This document shows, piece after piece, positions 48,740 through 62,823 of a stretch of 64,000 nucleotides of DNA. The translations under genes were made by a program, and so were the position numbers. A model generated the notes under the pieces. It did not search any database. It worked only from the letters and a program-made list of their open reading frames with translations, and had not been told where the DNA came from. The stretch is from Octopus sinensis (lineage: Eukaryota), in NCBI RefSeq assembly GCF_006345805.1, contig NC_043001.1, positions 84,010,001-84,074,000 of the forward strand, in the 5' to 3' direction. Within the stretch, counting starts at the first letter, position 1. Each line of letters starts with the position of its first letter.

Positions 48740-49523
48740 AGACACAAAAAGAAAATGACTCTCCCCAGACACAACAGAATATGCTTTAACACACGAACTC
48801 ATATAAAGAATCTTACAAACCAAATCCAAAAACGAAATTTAATATAGATTTCCCTTTTATGGGTGGTTCGTTAGACATGATTAAAAACAATTGCAAGTTT
48901 AAGAGAATCTGAGAAGGACTAGAGTTGAAATTGCAAGGCAAACGAAAGACACAAAAGATTTTGTTAATTTGAGCGACAGATGATATGAAAATGTAAACAA
49001 AAAGAGAGGAACGAGAGATAAGAGGAACTGGAAAGATAGGGCATAGGGAAAGAGGGGGAGAAATATAGAAGGCAAGAGAGAAGAAAGAAACAGAGCACTG
49101 ACAGAGTGAGAGACAGAAAATATAATGTGTGTGTGTGTCTGTTTTATTAAAAGTTGAAGATTCTTGAATAGTTATTCTGAATTACTGATTATTCAAATGA
49201 TTGAGAAAGAGTATCAAAGCGACTATATCTATACAATCAAAATATTTGCAAACACTTGAAAATACGATTAGTCGTCGAAATTCGATTAGTTTCCTAAAAC
49301 CTTTGGGCAACGCACCACACATTCATCTTTACAATTGTAATACGCAGAACGCGTAATATATTCACATATTCATATCCAAAAGCGCGTAATTTCCCCCGAG
49401 TGTTTTGTATCACATGTCTAAAATACACACAACAAATGAAGCAGCTCTTATCAAAATTTTAGTGTTGAAAGCTGAATAGTTTCTTTTACGAATTTGTAAC
49501 TCATTCTTAGCCACACACACACA

Positions 49524-49573
<50 letters not shown>

Positions 49574-49640
49574 GAGTGAAAGAAGGGCACTCATCACTTT
49601 TATTGGGAGTTACATGTATGAATCCCAAAAAGTTTGATTA

Positions 49641-49768
49641 AAATTCCTTCAGTACTTAAAGTTTCAAAGCGTGATGCTTGTCCTCAGCCATTGGAAATTT
49701 GATTCAAATTTCCAGTTGCTGAAGATTAAGCATCATGCTTTGAAACTTTAAATACTAAAGGAATTTTG
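49641..49768. repeat. Imperfect palindrome, about 62-bp arms
   Basis: AAAATTCCTTCAGTACTTAAAGTTTCAAAGC... / ...GCTTTGAAACTTTAAATACTAAAGGAATTTT. Confidence 0.85.
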
Positions 49769-50029
49769 AAGACACTGTTATGATCCACGCACACACACAC
49801 TTCGTGAGACGTGAATTAATGCTTTCCTCATATACATTGGTGTAAGGGAGGTTTTTTTTAAAGATGTAGTTTCCCGGCGTTCTACATCCACTGAGGTCGA
49901 CTTTGTACCAATTTGTCGGTAAAATAAAGTACCGAGGTCGATGCTATCGAGTAACTTCCTCCTCTCAAAATTGTTAACCTTGTGCTAGAAGCCATTATTA
50001 TTATTATTGTTGTTAGGCGCATATTGCCC

Positions 50030-51069
50030 TCTACCAGTCGGGTAATGCTGTCGAATGAAGTTTCACTCTAGCAATATAAAGAGAACTAGTAGTTGTTAGT
50101 GCGAGGGCGTTCTCGGGGAAAGTCGTGGCGTCGATGTTGACAAGTAAGTGATCCCGTCTGGAAAACTTTCGGGTTCGGATCTACTATGGGTAACTTCCAG
50201 AAATCCTTGGTCTGGCTGTATTGCCGAGGGTTACAGCTGGTTCGAGATAAGTTCTACAAGCATTGAAGCGCTGCCAAGTGGGACTGCCCAAGATGCGTGT
50301 AGAGTGACGGGAAGTACTGCAAACGTTCGCGTAGTGTCCGAACATAGCTGACTTGTAGAGTTATGTTGACCAGCTGTTGCTGCATATAGGACAAATGTGG
50401 TCATCGACCGAGTCCATCCTGAGGCATTGACCCACTACACGCCTTTAACGTGGTATTCATCTGTCTTACGGTTATCGCGAAAGAGTTTGTGTGGTAGATG
50501 GAGCTGAAAGGATTAAGGACATACACCTTTCTCTTCGGTCAAGCTTGGGCTTGTAGACTGAGAACAACAGTTGGGAGAGGCCTTGTGCCCTTGGGGATCA
50601 GGATGACCCCTAGTTCCATGGAGTTCCTTCATGTTCCAAGGTGGAGACTTCTTTGCATTAGGAGGACTACACCAACCACGTGTTCACATATTTTGTATAT
50701 ATATTTTTTTAACTTTCATTTCCTTCTCCTCTCCTTTTTTCCCCTCATCTTCTTTTGTGAAATCCCTACACAAATTGTAAGCGGTTTTTGTAATGTCTCC
50801 TTCATCTATTGCTCCTATGACAAATACCAGAACTTATTATTATTATTATTATCATCATCATCATCATCATAGTTGTTATTGTTGCTGTTGTTTTTATTAT
50901 TGTTGTTCTTGTTTGTGTTATCATCATCATCATCATCATCATTAGGGTCACCGCCATTATTATTATTATTATTATTATATTATTATTATTATTGTTGTTG
51001 TTGTTGTTGTTGTTGTGTTGTTGTTGTTGTTGTTGTTATTATTATTATATTATTATTATTATTATTATT

Positions 51070-51117
<48 letters not shown>

Positions 51118-54100
51118 ATTATTATTATTATTATTATACAACTGGATCAATGCAAGCATCATCCTGGAAAATTCTGGTTATTTCGATCGTAATAAGCTCC
51201 GGCAATAATACATAATTTACATCGCATTTCGGAAGTATCGGTTTAGTATCGATCTATCGGAAATACTAATATGAATTTATGTGGGACATTAAATCGGATG
51301 TAATTTGTACAATCTCCATGTACGATTCATTTAAATTTCAATCGGTCATACAGGATTATAAAACAGGGATGCAAAGTCCGAAACCGGATATCGTTTAAGA
51401 CAGTTCATAGATTCAAATCGCTGGTTCTTTTACAAGATGAACAAGTGTTTGGTAAGAGAGAGACAATGTTCTCGAGAAAACTCTCGGTTGGTTTGTTTCG
51501 AGGGATTTTCGGGCCGGGGCTACTATGGATAATTTCCAGAAATTCTTGACCCGGCAGTGCTACCGAGAGGTGCAACTGGGTCGAGATAAACCCTACGAGC
51601 ACGGAAGTGGCGCCAGCTGAGGGTGTCTGAGGTGCGCACAAAGTGACGGAACAGTACTGTTCGAACTCGTGCGGTGTTCGAGCATTGCTGCCTTGTGATC
51701 ACAGTTCATAGGTTCATATCACTGCACCGATTCCTCCGCAGAGTGATCATGTGGTGAGTAAAAGAAATGACGTTCTAGGTTTTGATGTTGAAGAACCAGG
51801 TGGTCTGTCCTGGAAGACTTTTGGCCCGGGGCTGCTATAGGTAACTTTCAGAAATTCTTGAACCGGCAGTGCTACTGAGTGGCACGGCTGGGAAAGATAA
51901 ACTCTATAAGCATGGAAATGTTGCCAGTTGCGGATGTCCGAGAGGCACACAAATTTACGGAACTGTTCTGCACGCACTCATTTGTAGAATGGTGAACACT
52001 GTTGTCAAGTACAGCACTAATTTAGTTGTTGGCTGAGTCCATCGAGATGATGACGCCAATACCCGCTTTTAACTACATGAGACAGATGACATTCTTCTGT
52101 CTAATAACCATATGTGGTAGACAAAACTGAAAGAATTAAGGATAGACATCTTCCTCTTTCATCAAACCCTTAACGCCTTGGAAAAAAAAGTGGGGTGGAG
52201 AACGAAGTGCTCTCCTCCTGCGAATTTGTCAGTACATGGACAAAAATAGGAAAGGTGGAAAAAATAGTTTTGTTGAACGGAACTAATCTAAGCACGGGCC
52301 TTTTGACTGAAAACTACAATTGGGTGAGGGCTTGTGCCCTTGGGTGTCAAGGCAACTCTTGTTCCGAGAAGTTCCTTGATTGGATCTAGTTAGAAGCTCT
52401 CCTGTATCCGGAGGACAACATTAGCCTTATGTTCACATACATATTTCATTCTTCTCTCCGTTTTTTTTAACGTAAAATCTCTGCACAGATTGTATACTGT
52501 ACTTGTAATTATCATCATCATCATCAACATCGTCGTTGCCGTGGTCATCATCACCATCATCATCATCATTATCATGATTTAACTGGATCAATGCATGCAT
52601 TGTCCTGGAAAATTCTGGTTTTTCGATATGCTCAGGCAATAATACGTAGCTCATATTGTATTTTGAAAGTATCGGTTTTGTATCGATCTATAGGAAATAC
52701 TAATGTGAATTTATATGAGACATTAAATCGAATGTAATTTGTAGTTTCCATGTGCGACTGATTTAAATTTCAGTCATTCACATAAGAGTATAAAACGGGG
52801 ATTGCAACGTCCGAAACCAGCTATTAATTGAGATTACAGCTCATAGGTTCAAATTTCTGATTCTTTTACGAGAGAAATAAGAGGTGGGTAAGAGAGACGA
52901 CGTTCTCGAGGAAGCTCTTGGCTGGTTTGTTTCGGAGGACTTTCGGGTCGGCGTTATAATGGATAACCTCTAGAAATTCTTGCCCTAGCTGTGCTACAGA
53001 GAGTCACAGCCGGGTCGAGATAAACTCTACAAGAACAGAAGTGCTGCTAGCTGAGGCTGTCCGAGAAGCGCACAAAGTGACGGAAATATCCTACACGAAC
53101 TCGTACGGTGTCCGAGCATAACTGACTTGAGATCACATGTCATAGGTTCAAACCACTGATCCCTTCGCAGGGTGATCTTGTGGTGGGTAAGAGAGATCAC
53201 ATTCTAGGCTTCGATGTGGAAGAGCGAGCTTGTCTGGTCTGTTTCGGAAGATTTTCGGACTGGGACTACTCAAGGTTATTTCCAGAAATACTTGACCTAG
53301 CAGAGTTACTGACAGACAAGCTGGCAGAATCGCTAGTACGCCGGGCGAAATACTAAGTGGTATTTCGTCTACCGTTACGTTCTGAGTTCAAATTCCGCCG
53401 AGGTCGACTTTGCCTTTCATCCTTTCGGGGTCGATTAAATAAGTACCAGTTACGCACTGGGGCCGATGTAATCGACTTAATCCGTTTGTCTGTCCTTGTT
53501 TGGCCCGTCTATGTTTAGCCCCCTGTGGCCAATAAAGAAATAAGTGTTACTGACAGGCAGAGCCGGTTCGACATAAACACCACAAGCAGCGAAGTGCCGC
53601 CAGCTGGGGCTGTCCCAAGTGCATGCATGCAAAGTGACGGAACTATATTGCACGCACACGTGCAGTGTCCGAGCATTGCTGACACGTGGAGTTACGTTTA
53701 ATAGCTGATGATACGTGCAGTACGAATTCAGCTATTGGCTTCAAGGTGAGACAAACAGTGTTCCGCTGTATAGTGACCATAGTAAAAGAAGTTGTGTGGT
53801 AGACGGAACTGAAAGGGCTGAGGATAGACGGCTCTCTTCGTTTTCCTTTGCATGTTCCACATAGAAAAGAAAGTGGAGTGAAGAAAGAAGTGCTCTCCTC
53901 TTGGGAAATTGTTAGAATACGGGCAAAAATAATTAGGGAGAATGGAATTTACACTAAGCAGGTGCCTATAGATTGGTAAACAACAGCTGGGTGCAGGTTT
54001 GAACGGCCCCAGTTGGAGGCTCTCCTGCATCCGGGGATCTGCATCAGCCACGTGTTCACATATGTATACATTTTATCTCATTTCCACCTCCTCTCCCTTT

Positions 54101-54640
54101 CTTTTTATGCAAAACCCCTAAACTATCCTTCTAATGTCCCTTTCATCTGATACCCCTGTGGCAAATAAAAGGAATTATTAATATTGTCATCGTCGTCGTC
54201 GTCGTCGTCATCGTCATCATCATCATCACCACTACCATCACCACCACCACCACATCGTCATCATCATCATCATCATCATCATCACCCCCCCACCACCATC
54301 AACATCATCATTATTATTATTATTATCATTATTATTATTATTATAATTATTATTATCATTATTATTATTATCATTATACAACTGGATCAATGCAGGCATC
54401 GTCCTGGAAAATTCTGGCTATTTCGATCGTTATGTGCTCCGGCAGTAATAACGTAGTTTATACTGTATTTTGAAAGTATCGGTTTAGTATCGATCTTTCT
54501 GAAATAACAATGTGAATTTATATGGGACATTAAATCGGATATAATTTGTACAGTTTCCATGTACGATTGATTTAAATTTCAATGGTTCAGACGAGGGTAT
54601 AAAACGGGAAACGTAACGTCCGAAACCAGTTATTGCATGA
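50030..54640 (+). mobile_element. Head-to-tail array of decayed Tx1/L1-clade LINE 3' ends
   Basis: Units restart at ACTGGATCAATGC (about 51141, 52582, 54381) after trinucleotide tails. Translations such as DNFQKFLTRQCYREVQLGRDK..GCLRCAQSDGTVLFELVRCSSI and CPRSAQSDGNILHELVRCPSI (CxxC..H..C knuckle remnant), and AKEFVW..LKGL. Confidence 0.75.
53316..53545 (+). mobile_element. SINE family B, full length with an 11-bp TSD
   Basis: Flanked by GTTACTGACAG at 53305-53315 and 53546-53556. Confidence 0.93.
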
Positions 54641-54924
54641 AGGGCAGGAGATCATAATTATAAAAAATAAAATAAAAAAAAAACAGCCTGGTAAAAAAAA
54701 AAAGCCCTTGAAAATACATGCTGACAGGGTCTATGAAGGGCATGGGTATATACTGCTACATCCGTCTCTGGTCTGGAGACCCAAGAATGGGGCTCTTGAA
54801 TTTCTGATGAGAAGAGGGTGCTCCCACTCCCGCCCATCCTGAAGGAATCCGAAAGCAACATCGTTCTATCTTGAATAGACCCCCGCCCCCCACCCTACTT
54901 GTTCACTAAGCTTTCTTTAACCTT

Positions 54925-55205
54925 TATCTTTTACTTGTTTCCGTCATTAGACTGAGGCCATGCTGGAGCACCACTTTGAAAAGGGTTAGCGGCCAATTAA
55001 AATCAACCACAGTATTTATTTTTGTAACGTCTAATAATACTTATTCTAACGGTCGCTTTTGCCGAAATCGATAAGCTACGGGAATGTAAACAAACCACCA
55101 CCGTTTGTCGAGTGGTGGGCAAACATATACAAACACACATCCATACACATGTGTATGTATGTATGTATGTATGTATGTATGTATGTATGTATGCATGCAT
55201 GTATG

Positions 55206-55241
<36 letters not shown>

Positions 55242-55450
55242 TGTATGTATGTGTGTGTGTATGTATGTATGTATGTATGTATGTATGTATGTATGTATGT
55301 ACGTACGTACATATGTATGTATATCAACGGGCTTCCACACAATATTTGTCTGCTACATTCCACATTCACTCACATGTGATTGGTCAGCTCGGAACTTATT
55401 AGTAGGAAACATCTGTCCAAGGTGCCACCACCTGGATGCAAGGCAAGCTT
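54925..55450 (-). mobile_element. Diverged SINE A-related element with an expanded (TATG)n
   Basis: CTTTTACTTGTTTCCGTCATTAGACTG...TTTGCCGAAATCG...TCAACGGGCTTC. Confidence 0.65.
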
Positions 55451-55734
55451 CTAAACCACACTGCCATACTCGTGCCTCTGTTAAAAACAACAATACATAG
55501 GAAAAAAAGCTGTACACATTTCTTTTGTATTTTTAATTATTTACTGAATGATCATCTCGGCCAATGTTCACCGTCCCATCGTTGATTCCTCCGGAGCCAA
55601 GACTGACGTCTTTGATGAACCTGATGCTTAATAATTTTTTTCTTCTTTCTACTGCAATTTAAGGGAAAGGATTCTTTGATGAACCTGATGCTTAATAATA
55701 TTTTTTTTCTTCCTACTCAAATTTAAGGGAAGGG

Positions 55735-55890
55735 ATTAAGTCGTTTACATCAACTCCATTGCGTAACTGGTACTTATTTAATCGAAAAGGCAAAGGTGAC
55801 TACGGTGGAATTTGAACTCCGAACGTAGCGACAGATGAAGTACCGCCAAACATTTCGCCCGGCGTGCTAACGTTTCTGCCAGCTCGCCCG
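55735..55890 (-). mobile_element. SINE family B, 3'-truncated
   Basis: GGAATTTGAACTCCGAAC...CGTGCTAACGTTTCTGCCAGCTC. Confidence 0.82.
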
Positions 55891-55926
55891 CCTTACCCGA
55901 CGCTTAATAAGCCCTACATACTCTCT

Positions 55927-56324
55927 ACTCTTTTATTTGTTTCAGTCATTTGACTGTGGCCATGCTGGAGCACCACCTTTAGTCGAGCAAGTCGACCCCA
56001 CGACTTATTCTTTGTAAGCCTAGTACTTATTCTATCGGTCTCTTTTTGCCGAACCGCTAAGTTACAGGGACGTAAACACACCAGCATCGGTTGTCAAGCG
56101 ATTTTGGGGGGACAAACACAGACACACAAACGTATACACACACATATACATACATATATACGACGGGCTTCTTTCAGTTTCCGTCTCCCAAATCCACTCA
56201 CAAGGCTTTGGTTGGCCCGAGGCCGTAGTAGAAGACACTTGCCCAAGGTGCCACGCAGTGGGACCGAACCCGGAACCATGTGGTTGGTAAGCAAGCTACT
56301 TACCCCACAGCCACTCCTGCGCCT
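55927..56324 (-). mobile_element. SINE family A, full length
   Basis: Complete head and tail. Confidence 0.9.
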
Positions 56325-56935
56325 ACAAAGTTACCTTTGTAATTGTGGCTACCTATTGTGATGAACTACATCTACCAACATTACTATGGATCTACGAACT
56401 GAAAAAAAAAACAGCTGTTGGACTTGTAACACCTTTCTTCCACCCCTTTAATTTTCTCTGTCGTTTGTACTCCAAGGTGGACCTATTAATATAAATATCT
56501 GTATATACATAAAAAAATTCATCATCTGAATGTCTCCACCTTTTGCATGAATACATGTATACATATTTTGTATTTCATTCCCAAACTGTTATATTCAATA
56601 TATTTAATGTGTCTAATTTGTTTATCCGCATAATTGACTCTAATACCTTTACGTGCTTAGATAAATTTACCTTTTTCAGTTAAGATGGCCCTAAGGGAGG
56701 AAGCCGAACGAGTTAAGGGTCTTTCTACCCTCTAGCTTAGGTGTTTCGTTCTTGTAGAAGGAGTGGGGAAAAGGGGAAAATAGACTGTGAATCTCCACTA
56801 TGCAGTGAGGTCTTATACAGGTTATATCTTACAGGTGGTTTCTCTTTAACGAAGGGAGGCATAGCTGAGTAGTTTATAAGTCCACTTAGTAATCATGAGA
56901 TCTGGGGTTCGATCTCTCTTGTAGTATTTTGTGTA

Positions 56936-57340
56936 TACTCTTTTACTTGTTTCAGTCATTTGACTGCGGCCATGCTGGAAAACCGCCTTTAGTCGAGCAA
57001 ATCGACCCCGGGACTTATTCTTTGTAAGCCCAGTACTTATTCTATCGGTCTCTTTTTGCCGAACCGCTAAGTGACGGGGACGTAAACACACCTGCATCGG
57101 TTGTCAAGCAATGCTAGGGGGAAAAACACAGACACACAAACACACACACACACATATATATATATATACATATATACGACAGGCTTCTTTCAGTTTCCGT
57201 CTACCAAATCCACTCACAAGGCATTGGTCGGCCCGGGGCTATAGCAGAAGACACTTGCCCAAGATGCCACGCAGTGGGACTGAACCCGGAACCATGTGGT
57301 TGGTTAGCAAGCTACTTACCACACAGCTACTCCTGCGCCT
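56936..57340 (-). mobile_element. SINE family A, full length, young subfamily
   Basis: Diagnostic GCAATGCTAGGGG, AAGGCATTGG, TATAGCAGAAG, CCCAAGATG. Confidence 0.92.
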
Positions 57341-57771
57341 ATGTGTATGTATGTATCTTTTTTTTACCAAACCTTCGGATCGATCCACGCCTTATGAATG
57401 ACAAATGGATAAACAGAAAGTGTATGGAAACTTGTAGGATGAATTGTACTTTTAATTTAAATGTAGCAGCTTTTTCACATATTATGTAACACTACTAATT
57501 CAATCTAAAATTTTCATTCGTTTACACGTGTCTGGGTTATACTCAGCCACTGTCATATTGTTTTACAAATAAGTGCAAGCGTGGGTGTGTGGTCGGAAGT
57601 TTGCTTCCCAACCACATGGGTCCGGGTTCAGTCCCACCGCGGGGCACTAGACAAGTGCCTTCTGTTTTAGCCTAGGGCTGACCAAAGCCTTGCGAGTGGA
57701 CTTGAAACTGACAGAAGCCCAAATTCCTCTATTTACATAATATCGAGGTCTCATTCATTCTTTTGTTGTCA

Positions 57772-57805
<34 letters not shown>

Positions 57806-58345
57806 GAGTGAGAGAGCAGTTCATGCCATCAAAGTGACACTGGGGTAAAATATACCAAGACCAGTATACCCATCATGACTACCCGTCTGATAAGGGTACA
57901 CCAGGCACATGCATCACAACCATATGTGCGCGACATGGTGATCTCATATCAAGATAAACAGCACATGACCTTGCAGGTGGGGCCCAGTTAGAATTTTCTT
58001 CAGGTTGAGTAACCCATCCCGCTCAAATGGTCCCTGAATAAAGGTTGTTTAAGGATGTTGAAAGAACCACCCATGTTTCCAGAGGTGAATTATTCAAACC
58101 CCAAAGAATCCCTCTCAACACATGGCTATGATGCTCCCCCACTACTTCTGCTCGTGATCAGAGATGCACATATCGTCAGCCACTAGGGGACATGCTCAAC
58201 TGGTTAAGGTCAAACAACTGACAAGCAAATCTGTAGTATTGAGCAGAATATTTGCTGTAGCCCATCTTTTATACCAAGACAAAACAATGTACATGATAAC
58301 ACTTCCAGTCAGTTAAGATCAGAAGCCATGAGAGCCACTGCCTGG

Positions 58346-58346
<1 letters not shown>
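57806..58346 (-). mobile_element. Family C retroposon, apparently full length, embedded in (TTA)n
   Basis: (TTA)n on both sides; about 540 bp; no ORF recognised. Confidence 0.88.
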
Positions 58347-58389
<43 letters not shown>

Positions 58390-58594
58390 CTTTATTATTA
58401 TTAATAATAATATATATATACATATATACACACAAAATACACAATGGGACAAGAACGCAAAACATTCAGAGAGTTAGGTGATACAAAAAAGGACAAAACA
58501 TCCAGATAGACGATACAAAGAAAACAAGGACGGGTCATTCGGAGTTTTCTTTCCTCAGTCGAGTTCCAGATTATGTTTGCAATTTCGGCTGGTT

Positions 58595-58630
<36 letters not shown>

Positions 58631-59168
58631 GTGTGTGTGTGTGTGTGTGTGTGTCTGTTTGTTCCCCAGCCACCACTTAACAACCGGTATTGGTGTGTTT
58701 ACCTTCGTGTATCTTAACGCTTCAGTAAAAAAAAGACCGCCAGACTTAAAGACGAAAAACAAAACAAAAAATAAAAACAAATACAAAAACAAATGAAAAC
58801 AACAATTACTGGGGTCAATTCGTTTGACTTAGATTCTTCTAGGCGGTGCACCAGCATGGCCGCAGTCACATGACTGAAACAAGTAAAAAATATAAGATGA
58901 ATAGGTTGTTCAGTTGATCGAACAATTCATCGAATGTTCTTCGCCCACACCAATAGAAACTTCATCATCATCATCATCATCATTACCACCACCACCACCA
59001 CCACCACCACCAATCAGTAAAACGTATCTGCGTATACGTATGGATAGGCGTGAAATTGTTGTGACTTTTGGACGATAACCGATGAAGAAGGAGCGTGTCC
59101 ACGACTTGTGTGTGGATATACCGTGTTTTTCTTTGTCGTTATTCTGAGACAATTTTTTAATCTGCCTG

Positions 59169-59217
<49 letters not shown>

Positions 59218-59613
59218 AGATAGATAGATAGATATATAAACAGATAGCTACGCAGATAGCTGGATATACGTACACACATACGATTTTAACTTAAAAGAAA
59301 AAGTAGGGGTGCGACTTATACATGAATGAATAAGGTAAATGTGTGTTGGTGTTTGCTTGCTTGTTTGTTTGTGTGTGTGTGTATGTGTGTTTGTGTACAT
59401 ATCTACAGCAATAAACAATCTTGTGCGTATATCTGTCTGCCTATAAATATAAATGTGTGTGTATGTATGTATTTGTTTGTCTTTCTGTTTAACCATATGC
59501 TCATTCGGAAGTTTTAATTATTCCTCTCACTACACACATTTATTTACTTTCTGTCAAATACACCTGTGTATATTTAGTTGTATAAGGACAAATTGTACAG
59601 CATAAACCCTCTC

Positions 59614-59653
<40 letters not shown>

Positions 59654-59863
59654 CACACGCTCACATTCGTACGTACGTACACACGAACACATGCCTAGAC
59701 ACATATGGTGAACTCTTTTATCTCAGAACAGGCATAGATTTGATTTGGCGACAATATAAGACTATATAGTTATATAGAAAGGTAGACACAAACTATATAC
59801 ATAGATGCATATATGTAGTCTGTGTCTATATGTGTGTGTGTGTGTGTAGTCTGTGTTAATATG

Positions 59864-59895
<32 letters not shown>

Positions 59896-60499
59896 ATGTA
59901 TGTATGTGTATATAAATTTTTCGAGCCAGCGAGGAAATATGTTTGCAGTCGCTCGATTCGCTAGTAATAGCAACCAAATCCCCTTTGATTCATACCCTAT
60001 TATCTTTTTTTCTTCAAGAAAAAAAAAAAAAAAAGAGAGACACGTTGAATAATGTAGTATATGATACACAAAAACGCAGTGTGAAAGTCACGTATGGAAC
60101 CTTATTTCACTGCAGGCTTGCTCGATCAAGATGATCTGGGTCGAAACAACATACACACAAGGACGGAAGTGAATGTAGGTAGGGTGTAGGCAGATGTTGG
60201 TGTTCCCTTTCTATTTAGTTAAAGAAGGTAGTCTAACGGTCCCTGCTTTGTAGCCCATCTTTAGCGTCATGGACTTTAGCGTACCCCCAGTTCCTAAAAT
60301 TTGTTTTTATTACTGCATGTACACGTTCACTGCTATGAGCGTTGGATTATAATCATGATGGGACATACTTAGCTCTATAGATAGATAAACAACAGACACG
60401 TAAACATAAAGACAGATTAAATCGATTGATAGATAGATAAATAGATAGATAGATAGACAATCATATACAAAATTCGAAACACAGGCAGATACATCCATA

Positions 60500-60624
60500 G
60501 ATGGGTAGACAGACACATACATACATACATACATACATACATACATAAATACATACATACATACATACATACGTATGGACGTAACCTTATAGAAAATTCG
60601 ATACATATGCGTGTATGTATATCA

Positions 60625-60655
<31 letters not shown>

Positions 60656-60690
60656 GGTAGATAGACAGACAGATAGGCAGGCAGGCAGGC

Positions 60691-60773
<83 letters not shown>

Positions 60774-60776
60774 AAT

Positions 60777-60833
<57 letters not shown>

Positions 60834-60947
60834 CAGACAGTTAAAGTCATCCGCACACAATCTTATAGCTGAGAAAACAACACAAATAACATATGTATGA
60901 ATGTATACAGTTATAATCGAAAGATAGGTAGGTAGATAAGTAGAGAG

Positions 60948-61019
<72 letters not shown>

Positions 61020-61030
61020 GAGAAACAGAG
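60500..61030. repeat. Compound microsatellite: (ATAC)n, (CA)n, (AGGC)n, (AGAC)n, (AGAT)n, (GA)n
   Basis: Directly visible; the 287-aa minus ORF over it is an artefact. Confidence 0.92.
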
Positions 61031-61529
61031 AGTGAGATAGTCTAACCAACACAGTGCGAAGTACACGGTCGAATGAACATACACTTACCTCCCCAAAATG
61101 GTAAAAGTCCGACGGAGAATAAAAACATAAAACGTAAATTATCCATGTTCTTTTTTTTTTCTTTCGGTCCGTGTATGTTTGTGTGTGAGTGAGCCAATTC
61201 AAGGATATATCAATGTTTCTGTATTGTAATGCGTGTTCGCAGTCAATAACAAATATATATATATATATATATATATACAAATATATCTTTCTCTCTCTGT
61301 CTCTCTCCCCTCTCCCTCTCTCTGTCTGTCTGTCTATCTCTCTCTCTCAATGTTTATATATATATGTATATATATATATATTATATATGTGTGTATATCC
61401 TTTTGTACGACGTCATAAAGCGATGTCTTTTAGCGTGCTTTTGGTTCTCACCAACATTTACATGGCCGACCGCACAGTTTTTCAGAAGTGATTGGTAAAC
61501 CGTGTGTTCGTGTGTAGGTGTTTGTTACG

Positions 61530-62589
61530 CTACCGTTGTTGGTATTATCGTTGTGGTGGTAGTAGTGGTGGTTAGTATCAGGCTATCACTGTTGTTGGTG
61601 ATGGTTGCTGTTGGGATGGTCGCTGCTGCTGCTGCTACTGCTGCTGATGTGATAGTGCATGTGATGATGGTGGCGGTGATGGTAATACTGGTGGTGGTGG
61701 TGCTGGTGGTGGTGCTGGTTCTGCAGTTGTAGAAGAGATGCTAGTTCTTTTGTAGTGGTGATGGTGATAGTGGTGGTGAGGATGGCAGTGGTGGTGAAGC
61801 TGACAATAGAGATGGTGGTGGTGGTGGTGGTGGTGTTGGCATGAGTTGCTGGTTGTAACGTAGTGATGGTGGTAGTAGTAGTGGCGGCGGTGGTGGTGGT
61901 GGTGGTGGAGGTGGAATGCTGGTTCAGTTTATGGTGGCGTTAACAACGGTGATGGCGGCGGTGGCGGTGGCGGTGGCGGTGGCGTTACTGAGATGCTGGT
62001 TCTGATGTGGTTGTGAAGCTGCTTGTACTGATGGCTGTGGTGGTGGTGGTGGTGGTGGTGGTGGGATGACGGTGGCGGTGTAGCGAAGCTGGCAGTGTTA
62101 GTGGTAGTAGTAGTAGTAGTAGTAGTGGTAGCGGTGGCGATGGTGGTGCTACTGCTACTGTTGTTGTTGTGGTAACGCTGATGGTGTTGGTGTTGGTGTT
62201 GGCGGCGGCGTTACTGCTTCAGTTTACGGAGACGACGCGGTTGGCGACGGCAGTTTTTTTTTTTTCTTCCTTTTTTTTTTTTATATTACAATGGCATGGA
62301 TGGAGCGATGGTGGCCCTGCTGCAGTAATGAGGTTATTGCCGTTTTTACTGTTGTTGTCGTTGGTAAGTCAGCTAAGTCAAAATGATGATGATGGTGGTG
62401 GTGGTGGTGGTGGTGGTGGTGGTAGAGATGGTTTCTCTTTATAGTATAGGAGGTAGTGGCGGTGGTCCTGCTCTCTAGTAAAATGGTCAAAAGTGGCGGT
62501 GCTGGTGGTGGTGGTTGTTACTATGGCAGTGGTAGTAGTGAAGAGTTTTATTTTGGGAGAGTGATGGTGGCGGTGATAGTGGCTTTGCT

Positions 62590-62624
<35 letters not shown>

Positions 62625-62720
62625 GTTGTTGTTGTTGTTGCTGTTTTTGTTGTTAGATGGAAAAGATCCTTATTATTATTGTTGTTATTATTAGTGATGC
62701 TTACTGCAGTAATAGCAACT

Positions 62721-62752
<32 letters not shown>

Positions 62753-62783
62753 GGTGGTGGTAGTAGTAGTAGTAGTACTGGTG

Positions 62784-62823
<40 letters not shown>

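Noticed and set aside
50836-54640. CRISPR-like or satellite interpretation of the repeats
   Set aside because: Eukaryotic context, kilobase-sized units and LINE coding remnants explain them.
58395-58590. PLE-type repeat with CTGAGGA...CCGAA
   Set aside because: GAAA is incomplete and the stems are weak; no ribozyme claimed.
60417-61280. 287-aa minus-strand ORF
   Set aside because: Made of microsatellite translations (YLSI, SL and CV repeats).
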